A DNA stretch of 48,267 nucleotides from an uncultured Clostridia bacterium (GTDB lineage Bacteria > Bacillota > Clostridia > TANB77 > CAG-508), in assembly GCA_944391785.1 (NCBI GenBank), contig CALXUX010000107.1, positions 1 through 48,267 of the forward strand, read 5' to 3'. The position numbers and the translations under genes were made by a program. Position 1 is the first letter of the stretch. Every line of letters begins with the position of its first letter. The notes under the pieces are model-generated. The model did no database searches. It worked only from the letters and a program-made list of their open reading frames with translations, and was not told the DNA's origin. Positions 40,565-48,267 of this stretch are shown here, piece by piece.

Positions 40565-41671
40565 TTAATTTGCTGTAGATGTATTAGATGTTTGTGCTGA
40601 TAAACTATCTAAATAATCTCTTCTTTCTTCTTTTGTTGTTGTTATTTCTTCTTCTACTTTTGAAGATACATTATTATCACCTGTTTCTCCTGTAGCATCA
40701 ACTGCTGGATTTATTACATTCAATCTTTGATTTGCATTATATCTGCTTTCTAATTCTTCTCTTGCTGTTTGTATAATATTTGGGTTTTCTCTTATTAGTT
40801 CAGCAACTGCTTGGCTTGGTGTATATGTTGGTATTGCTGCATCTTGCATTCCTGGTTCTGTATAGATATTTGCATATAGTTTTGCTCCGTCTAATCTATA
40901 TGCTTCTACTATAGCATTACTAATTAAGTTGATTTCTCCTTCTGTTAAGTTAAGCCAAATTGTGCTTTCAGAAGGTACACCAGATATTTCTGGTATTGTT
41001 ACTTCTTTTTTAGATACTACTATATAGTTTTGTCCTGATGGCAATACTAATCTTACATCTATGTAATCACCTGTCTCTATTTGTGTAGGTAATACTATCA
41101 TATTAAATTCTTCTTTTCTTACATCATTTGATGTTGTGTTATCTCCTCTTGTTACAAGTTCTCTTGTAAGTACTGTGTTTGCTTCCATATCTACTTTAGC
41201 AACAATTGGTATAGAATTTAGCTCGATATATTGTTTTTCATTTCTTACTGTTATATAGTAATTAAGTGTATTTTCTTCTTGAAAAACCTCATATTCTGTT
41301 CCATCTAATGTGATATAATACCTTGTTGTTCCTTCCTCTTCATCATATCTTGATGTAACAGCATTTCCTTCTTTATCTTCTAAATTATAATTAGAAAGTG
41401 TTGCTACATTTCCTATAGCATCACTTGGTATTAAATTTCTATTTACTGTTTTTGTAGTTAACATGTCTTCTGTTATTATTTGACCAGATTTTACACTTTG
41501 AGATAAAACTGCTATGTTAACACTTGCTTGTTTTTCTGCTGTTTCTTTATCTATATAATTTTTTAGTTGTATAACTAAAAATGCTATAATTATAGCTGCT
41601 ATTACTAGCATGACTAACATTCCTAATAAAAATGAATTTCTTGCTTTTCTTTGCATTGGATTTACTGCCAT
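40565..41671 (-). CDS. SAF-domain CpaB/RcpC-like pilus assembly protein
   Basis: N-terminal TM, SAF-like 'VLSQSVKSGQIITEDML', 'LPTQIETGDYIDVRL'. Confidence 0.7.
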   Translation of the reverse strand: MAVNPMQRKARNSFLLGMLVMLVIAAIIIAFLVIQLKNYIDKETAEKQASVNIAVLSQSVKSGQIITEDMLTTKTVNRNLIPSDAIGNVATLSNYNLEDKEGNAVTSRYDEEEGTTRYYITLDGTEYEVFQEENTLNYYITVRNEKQYIELNSIPIVAKVDMEANTVLTRELVTRGDNTTSNDVRKEEFNMIVLPTQIETGDYIDVRLVLPSGQNYIVVSKKEVTIPEISGVPSESTIWLNLTEGEINLISNAIVEAYRLDGAKLYANIYTEPGMQDAAIPTYTPSQAVAELIRENPNIIQTAREELESRYNANQRLNVINPAVDATGETGDNNVSSKVEEEITTTKEERRDYLDSLSAQTSNTSTAN

Positions 41672-41845
41672 TACAAATTCCTCCTTTATTCTAGATATTT
41701 TTTCAAAATACCTTTAAATTTATTTTAACTCAATTGATATATAAAATCAATAAATTTAGTTTGTGTAATATAAAATTCATATTTTTGTAATATTTTTGTA
41801 ATACTTGCTTTTTTTCATTATTTTTATATTTTTAATATGAATACA

Positions 41846-42721
41846 TTAATTTAAGCAAAATTTTTCTAATGCTTTTGCAACTCCTTCTGAGTTATTGGTA
41901 TCTGTTACATAATCTGCAATATCTGTAACAACTGGTGTGCTTCCTTTCATTACTATACCAAGTCCTGCATTTTGTATCATTTCTTTGTCATTTATATTAT
42001 CTCCTATTGCTATTATTTCTTCTTCTTTTATATTCATTTTTTCTGCTATTACTTTTAATGCTTCCCATTTATCAACATTTTTTAATGATATTTCTGTGTA
42101 AAAATATTCTATTGGAACATCTTCTGTTCCTTGTTTTATAACTTTTCTTGACATATGTAAAACGTCTAAAACTTCTATATTGCTTATTTTTCTTATTTTT
42201 TTTATTATTGATTGAAACACATATTTATTATTATCACATACAGTTATTTTTACAAATTTTTCTCCACTTGAATTTTTTATATATTCTTCTAGATTGTCTA
42301 CAAGTTTTATATTTGTTCTTTTATTTTCTTCTTTTTTTAGGTTTTCTTTATGGTAATAAAGTACATTATATTTTAGTGCTTTTGCAAGTATTGTAGTTTC
42401 TGTGTATATATTATATGATATACTGTTTTCTTCACATAGTTTTATTATTTCTAGCACTTTTTCTTTTGTCATATATTTTTCATATATTGTTTCTTCTTTT
42501 TGCATATCATATATTATTGCACCATTTCCTGCAATAAAGTATTTATTTGCTCCTATTTCTCTTGATATTGTATTTATTGAATCTATTGGTCTTCCTGATG
42601 CTAATATTATATCTACTCCTTTTTCTATTACTTTTTTTAAAATTTCTTTAGAATTGTTTGTTACTATTCCATAACTATTTAGTAGTGTTCCATCTAAATC
42701 TATTGCTACCATTTTATACAT
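41846..42721 (-). CDS. Cof-type HAD-IIB hydrolase
   Basis: IDLDGTLLN, ASGR, NGA, K..A, IGDNIND..M, EGVA. Confidence 0.95.
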   Translation of the reverse strand: MYKMVAIDLDGTLLNSYGIVTNNSKEILKKVIEKGVDIILASGRPIDSINTISREIGANKYFIAGNGAIIYDMQKEETIYEKYMTKEKVLEIIKLCEENSISYNIYTETTILAKALKYNVLYYHKENLKKEENKRTNIKLVDNLEEYIKNSSGEKFVKITVCDNNKYVFQSIIKKIRKISNIEVLDVLHMSRKVIKQGTEDVPIEYFYTEISLKNVDKWEALKVIAEKMNIKEEEIIAIGDNINDKEMIQNAGLGIVMKGSTPVVTDIADYVTDTNNSEGVAKALEKFCLN

Positions 42722-42966
42722 TAGTTTTTCTCCTTTCGTTTTTTTATTATACTTTATAGTTTTTAGTGTATATAGCTTTTAGTGTAAATTGTATGCTCAT
42801 TTTTTTGAATAATTAAGTTTGAAATAATTAAGTTTGATTTGTTTTTTAGTTTTTATTCTAATTTTGTTATTATATATATATTTTTTTATAATTGCAACTT
42901 TTTTATCTAATAAATATTGACTTTTTTTGTTGTTTTTTTTAATATATTAGTAATATATTAAAAAGG

Positions 42967-43167
42967 ATGTTGATTTTTATGTTACATATTATTTTAGTAC
43001 TTATTTCTTTAATTTTAATATTGATAGGAGTTATTTTAATTTATGATGCACGTATTATTACAAAAAAATTTTTTAGTTTTGGAGATCAAAATGAGGGGTC
43101 TTATGGATTAAAAATTTTAGGTTTTATCATATGTATAATAGGTGGATTAATAATTTATTTTTCATAA
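42967..43167 (+). CDS. small two-TM membrane protein
   Basis: Two hydrophobic helices around 'YDARIITKKFFSFGDQNEG'; AAAGGA upstream (start 42967 or 42979); downstream hairpin. Confidence 0.7.
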   Translation: MLIFMLHIILVLISLILILIGVILIYDARIITKKFFSFGDQNEGSYGLKILGFIICIIGGLIIYFS

Positions 43168-43171
43168 AATA

Positions 43172-43236
43172 AAAAGTCTAGTTTAATTGAAAATTATAAA
43201 GGTTTTAAGTTCAATTAATTTTTATACTAGACTTTT
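43172..43236. terminator. bidirectional hairpin between the small membrane gene and carB
   Basis: AAAAGTCTAGT/ACTAGACTTTT outer stem and TTAATTGAA/TTCAATTAA inner stem. Confidence 0.65.
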
Positions 43237-43255
43237 CTTTTTTTATTCTTTTTTA

Positions 43256-46200
43256 TTATTCATCAATTGTTGAAATGCCAAGTGTGATTTCTTCTAAAAC
43301 ACTAAGTACTGCTCTTACAGTATCTAGTGCTGTGAACATAGGTATATTATTTTCTGCTGCACATTTTCTAATTAAACTTCCATCTGTTTCTTGATTTATT
43401 GAATCTATATTTCTTGTGTTTATTACATAACTTACATATCCTTTTCTTAATGATTCTAGTATTTCTTCACTACCTTCACTTATTTTCTTTTTTACTCTTG
43501 TTCTTATTCCAGATTGTTTTAAAAATGTGGCTGTTCCTTTGGTTGCTTCTATGTTAAATCCTAAATTATAAAATCTTTTTATTAGTGGTAATGCTTCTTG
43601 TTTGTCTTTATCTGCTATTGTTACAAAAATTGTTCCATAATTTGCTAACTTCATTCCAGAAGATTGTAGTGCTTTGTATAATGCTCTTGTTAATTTTTTG
43701 TCATAACCTATTGCTTCTCCTGTTGATTTCATTTCTGGAGAAAGGCTTGCATCTAATCCTAATAATTTTGAAAATGAAAATGCTGGTGCTTTTACATACC
43801 ATTTTTCTTTTTCTTTTGGATATATATTATTTATTCCTTGCTCTTTTAATGATTTACCAAGCATTACTAATGTTCCTATGTCTGCTAATGTATATCCTGT
43901 TGCTTTTGAGATAAATGGTACTGTTCTTGAAGATCTTGGATTTACTTCTATTACATACAAATTTTCTTCTTTATCCACAATAAATTGAATATTGTACAAT
44001 CCTACTATTCCTATGCCTAAACCTAGTTTTTTTGTATAGTCTAATATTTTGTTTTTAACATTTTGACTCACACTAAATGTTGGGTATATGCTTATACTAT
44101 CTCCTGAATGTATTCCTGTTTTTTCAACAAGCTCCATTATACCTGCAACAAATACATCTTTTCCATCACATACTGCATCTACTTCTAATTCTTTTCCAGA
44201 TATGTATTTATCAACTAGTACAGGTTGTTTTTCGTTTATTTCTACTGCTGTTTTTAAATATTTTTCTAATGCTTTTTGATTAGAAACTATTTGCATTGCC
44301 CTACCACCTAATACATAACTTGGTCTTACAAGTACTGGATATCCTATTTTTTCTGCAACTTTTATTCCATCTTCTATATTTGTTACTGCTTCTCCCTTAG
44401 GTTGTAATAAATTTAATTCATTCATTACTTTTTCAAATAAATCCCTGTTTTCCGCCTTTTCTATTGCTTTAACATCTGTTCCTATTAATTTAACACCTAA
44501 TTTTGATAATTGTTCTGCTAAATTAATTGCTGTTTGACCTCCTAATGTAACTATTACACCTTCTGGCTTTTCAAGTTCTATAATATTCATTACATCTTCT
44601 ATTGAGAGTGGTTCAAAATATAGTTTATCACTTGTTGTATAGTCTGTTGATACTGTTTCTGGATTGTTATTTATTATTATTGCTTCATATCCTTCTTGTT
44701 TAATTGTTTTTATTGCATGTACTGTTGAATAATCAAATTCTACTCCTTGGCCTATTCTTATTGGGCCTGAACCTAAAACTATAATTTTTTTATTATTACT
44801 TATTATTGTTTCATTTTCTTCTTCATATGTTGAATAAAAATATGGTACATAACTTTTAAATTCTGAACTACAGGTATCTATCATTTTATATACAGGTCTT
44901 ATTTTGTTTTTCATTCGCAATAAATATATGTCTTCTTCTTTTTGGTTCCAAATTTTTGCAATATATTTATCACTTAATCCTAATTTTTTTACTTCTTTTA
45001 ATATTTCTATATTATTTACATTTTCTTTTAATATTTTCTCATGTTCTATTATGTTTTTTATTTTTTCTATGAAAAACATATCAATTTTAGTAATATTATA
45101 TATTAATCCTAAATCAATTTTTCTTCTTATTAATTCTGCGATTGCATAAATTCTATCATCTGTACCATCTTTTATGTAATCCATAATAGTTTCTGTTTGC
45201 ATATTATCAAATTTTTTATTATAGATATGAAAACATCCTGTCTCTAATGATCTTATTGCTTTTAATAAACTTTCTTCAAAATTTCTTCCAACACTCATAA
45301 CTTCTCCTGTTGCTTTCATTTGTGTGTTTAATTTGTTAGATGCTTGCACGAATTTATCAAATGGAAATCTTGGCATTTTGCAAACAATATAGTCTCATGC
45401 TGGCTCAAAACTTGCCTTAGTGTTTGCAAGTTGTATTTCATCTAATCTCATTCCTATTGCAATTTTTGCTGAAACTCTTGCTATTGGATACCCACTTGCT
45501 TTTGAGGCTAAAGCAGATGAACGTGATACTCTTGGGTTTACTTCTATTACATAATAATTAAATGAATATGGATCTAATGCAAACTGTATATTACAGCCTC
45601 CTTCTATTTTTAAGGCTCTTATTATTTTTAAGCTACTGTCTCTTAATAATTGATATTCTTTATTTGTTAATGTTTGGCTTGGTGCTACTACAATTGAATC
45701 TCCTGTATGTATTCCTACTGGGTCTAAGTTTTCCATGTTGCATACTGTTATTGCTGTATCATTACTGTCTCTTATTACTTCATATTCTATTTCTTTATAT
45801 CCTTTTATACTTTTTTCTACTAATACTTGTTTTACTGGCGAAAGTTTTAGAGCATGTTTTATTAGTTCTTTTAATTCTTCTTCATTATCTACAAAACCTC
45901 CTCCTGTTCCTCCTAAAGTATATGCTGGCCTTAATATAACTGGATATCCTATTTTAGAAGCTGCTTTTATTCCTTCTTCTTCTGTTCCTGCTATAATTGA
46001 TTCTAATACTGGTTCTCCTAATTCTTGGCATAGGGTTTTAAATTTTTCTCTGTCTTCTGCTTTTTCGATACTTTGACTACTTGTTCCTAATAATTCTACT
46101 TGACATTCTTGAAGTACACCTTTTTTGTATAATTGCATTGCTATATTTAAACCTGTTTGCCCTCCTATTCCTGGAAGAATTGCGTCTGGTCTTTCATATC

Positions 46201-46435
46201 TTATGATTTTTGCAACATATTCTAATGTTAATGGCTCCATATATACTTTATCTGCAATTGTTGTGTCTGTCATAATAGTTGCTGGATTGGAATTTACTAG
46301 TATAACTTTATATCCTTCTTCTTTTAGTGCTAAACATGCTTGTGTTCCTGCATAATCAAATTCTGCTGCTTGTCCTATTACAATTGGACCTGAACCGATT
46401 ACTAATATAGTTTTTATATCTTTTCTTTTTGGCAT
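43256..46435 (-). CDS. carB: carbamoyl-phosphate synthase large subunit, interrupted by one in-frame TGA at 45395-45397 (about 1059 aa if read through); possible pseudogene or base-call error
   Basis: Both track ORFs share one frame: ...[24 protein letters not shown]...; GSGPI.IGQ..EFDY occurs twice, plus IEVNPR and an MGS-like tail. Confidence 0.92.
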
Positions 46436-46476
46436 TTTTATTTTTCCTCCTCTATCTTACAAAATATTATATATTT

Positions 46477-47565
46477 TTATTTTTTATTTTCTTCCATTAG
46501 TTTTATGAATTTATCAAAAAGATATCCACTATCTTGTGGCCCTGGAGCACTTTCTGGGTGATATTGCACACTAAATATTTTATCTTTAGTACATTCTACT
46601 CCTTCTATTGTTTTGTCTAATATATTTATATGGGTTGGTTTTAAATTAGTTTTATTTAAAGATTCTTCTTCTACTGCATAACTATGGTTTTGACTTGTTA
46701 TTTCTATTTTATCTGTTATTAGATTAAGTACAGGATGGTTTCCTCCTCTATGGCCAAATTTTAATTTGTATGTTTTAGCACCATATGCTAGACTAATTAT
46801 TTGATGTCCTAAACATATTCCAAATATTGGATATAACCCTTTTATTTCTTTTACAAGTTTTATTACTTCTACTACATCTTCTGGATTTCCAGGACCATTT
46901 GATAAAAAAATTCCATCTGGATTTAATTTTTCAATTTCTTCTTTTTTTGTATTATATGGTAAAATTGTTACATTACAGCCTCTTTTATTTAAGTTTCTTA
47001 TTGTATTTAGTTTTATTCCATAATCTATTGCAACAACATTGTATTTATAGTTTGCTGTTCTTGAATACCACTTTTTTTTGCAACTCACTTTTGATACTGC
47101 ATCTTTTGGCATTTTAAATTCTTTTAGTTTTTTTAGTGCTTTTTCTTTGCTTGTATTTATATCAGTTACAATAACTTTTCTGCTTCCTTTTTCTCTTATA
47201 CTTCTTGTTAATTTTCTTGTGTCTATACCTGATATTCCTGGGATATTATTTTCTTCTAGGTATTCTGATAATGTTTTTGTATATCTAAAGTTGCTTGGAA
47301 TGTCATTATATTCTTTTACTATTAGTCCTCCTATTGTGGGTTGCTTTGTTTCATAGTCTTCATCTGTTATTCCGTAATTTCCAATTAGTGGGTATGTCAT
47401 AACTACCATTTGATATGTATATGATGGGTCTGATATTATTTCTTGATATCCTACCATTGATGTATTAAATACAATTTCACATATTGCTTCTTTTTTTGCA
47501 CCAAATCCATATCCTAAATATTCTTCTCCATCTTCTAATACTATTTTTCGATCTAGTTTTTTCAT
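46477..47565 (-). CDS. carA: carbamoyl-phosphate synthase small subunit
   Basis: FNTSM.GYQE..SDPSY, GIDTR.LT, SNGPG.P, GICLGHQ, SQNH, QYHPE; ATG 47565 after AAGGAG. Confidence 0.97.
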   Translation of the reverse strand: MKKLDRKIVLEDGEEYLGYGFGAKKEAICEIVFNTSMVGYQEIISDPSYTYQMVVMTYPLIGNYGITDEDYETKQPTIGGLIVKEYNDIPSNFRYTKTLSEYLEENNIPGISGIDTRKLTRSIREKGSRKVIVTDINTSKEKALKKLKEFKMPKDAVSKVSCKKKWYSRTANYKYNVVAIDYGIKLNTIRNLNKRGCNVTILPYNTKKEEIEKLNPDGIFLSNGPGNPEDVVEVIKLVKEIKGLYPIFGICLGHQIISLAYGAKTYKLKFGHRGGNHPVLNLITDKIEITSQNHSYAVEEESLNKTNLKPTHINILDKTIEGVECTKDKIFSVQYHPESAPGPQDSGYLFDKFIKLMEENKK

Positions 47566-47875
47566 TTTTTTGTTCTCCTTTTCCTTATTTAGATACAAAA
47601 AAATAAGGAGTTTATTCCTTATTAAAAATATAAAAAAATCAAATTAACTATTATGATAATAGCTGCATTTGTTTTTAAGTTGATTTTTTGTATATTTTTT
47701 TTCATTTTTTTCTCCTTATTTTTTTATTATTTTTTTTATTATAACAATATAAAATGTTTGTTGCAATATTTTTTTAGTAAATTTTATAGTTTTTTTATAT
47801 TTGAAATATGAGTTATGACGTATCATCATAACTCGGAGACTCTACGGGGCAATAAATTTTTTCGTATTTCTTCAC

Positions 47876-47911
47876 AAAAAAATCAACCAGATTTTATTTT
47901 CTGATTGATTT
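47876..47911 (-). terminator. terminator of the tRNA-Leu transcript
   Basis: AAATCAACCAGA / TCTGATTGATTT near-perfect stem with a T-run on the minus strand. Confidence 0.6.
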
Positions 47912-47951
47912 TGTATCAACTCCGTTCTATTAGTTCGAACAGATACGTCAT

Positions 47952-48040
47952 TGGTGCAGATGGCCGGAATCGAACCGGCACGGGATTTAGGTCCCGCAGG
48001 ATTTTAAGTCCTGTGCGTCTGCCAGTTCCGCCACATCTGC
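47952..48040 (-). tRNA. tRNA-Leu(TAA)
   Basis: GCAGATG acceptor, GGCGGAACTGGCAGACGC D-arm, CAGGA-CTTAAAA-TCCTG anticodon arm, long variable arm, GGTTCGATTCC, encoded CCA. Confidence 0.97.
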
Positions 48041-48076
48041 ATTTTAATGAACTGGCTTTGTCTTACGACATTTAAG

Positions 48077-48106
48077 ATTATACTACTTTAGCATGTTGCT
48101 TGTCAA
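48077..48106 (-). promoter_or_regulatory. sigma-A promoter of tRNA-Leu
   Basis: Minus strand TTGACA, 18 nt, TATAAT. Confidence 0.75.
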
Positions 48107-48170
48107 TACTTTTTTTCAAAATTTTCATTTTTTTTGTGTAAAAAAAAATAGAAAATTTTGAAAAAAAGTA

Positions 48171-48199
48171 TTGACATATGTGAAAAAAAATAGTATACT
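48171..48199 (+). promoter_or_regulatory. sigma-A promoter of tRNA-Val
   Basis: TTGACA, 17 nt, TATACT; A-rich UP element upstream. Confidence 0.8.
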
Positions 48200-48217
48200 A
48201 ATATTCGTTGAACGGAC

Positions 48218-48267
48218 GGGCGCATAGCTCAGCTGGTAGAGCATCTGCCTTACAAGCAGGAGGTCAT
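48218..48267 (+). tRNA. tRNA-Val(TAC), truncated by the window end
   Basis: GGGCGCA-TAGCTCAGCTGGTAGAGC...CTGC-CTTACAA-GCAG. Confidence 0.93.

Noticed and set aside
29086-41671. Pilus locus as a conjugative element or prophage
   Set aside because: No integrase, relaxase, VirB4/VirD4 or phage genes; composition matches the flanks and the neighbours are housekeeping genes.
45395-45397. Genome-wide TGA reassignment (code 4 or 25) or selenocysteine
   Set aside because: Only one internal TGA was seen, at a Leu position. Conserved Trp uses TGG and Gly uses GGN, and TGA appears to end the ORF at 7107-7109.
116-47356. Many Leu/Phe/Ile-rich antisense ORFs in the track (e.g. 116..460, 1653..2009, 22183..22791, 25773..26165)
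   Set aside because: They overlap confidently identified genes on the opposite strand and are the expected shadows of A-rich coding DNA.
47599-47700. PyrR attenuator upstream of carA
   Set aside because: Hairpins exist (AATAAGGA/TCCTTATT), but I could not find the PyrR-binding loop consensus.

Overview
Very AT-rich chromosomal segment from a spore-forming Clostridia-like bacterium (spoIVB present). Most genes lie on the minus strand. It carries housekeeping genes (gpmI, tpiA, transketolase N-half, ftsH, alr, femAB-like, dprA, folD, ligA, alaS, murC, carAB, tRNA-Leu, partial tRNA-Val), a DUF4912/GH57/GT4 glucan set, a sortase, a pilin-like protein with an apparent DGR-type variable region, and a 13-gene Tad-like pilus locus with a run of leaderless 'MENA' pilin-like paralogs. 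The main observation is that five reading-frame breaks in four genes (ftsH, ligA twice, the GH57 branching enzyme and the DUF4912 gene) all fall on an in-frame CGG codon. Skipping its C (C-GGN, read as Gly) restores full-length proteins and conserved motifs such as LigA RNAAA-GSLRQ. My manual scan found no in-frame CGG in any intact conserved gene, and only one elsewhere, in a small atypical ORF. This suggests a CGG-triggered +1 recoding rule; a systematic assembly artefact must still be excluded. carB is broken differently, by a single in-frame TGA.
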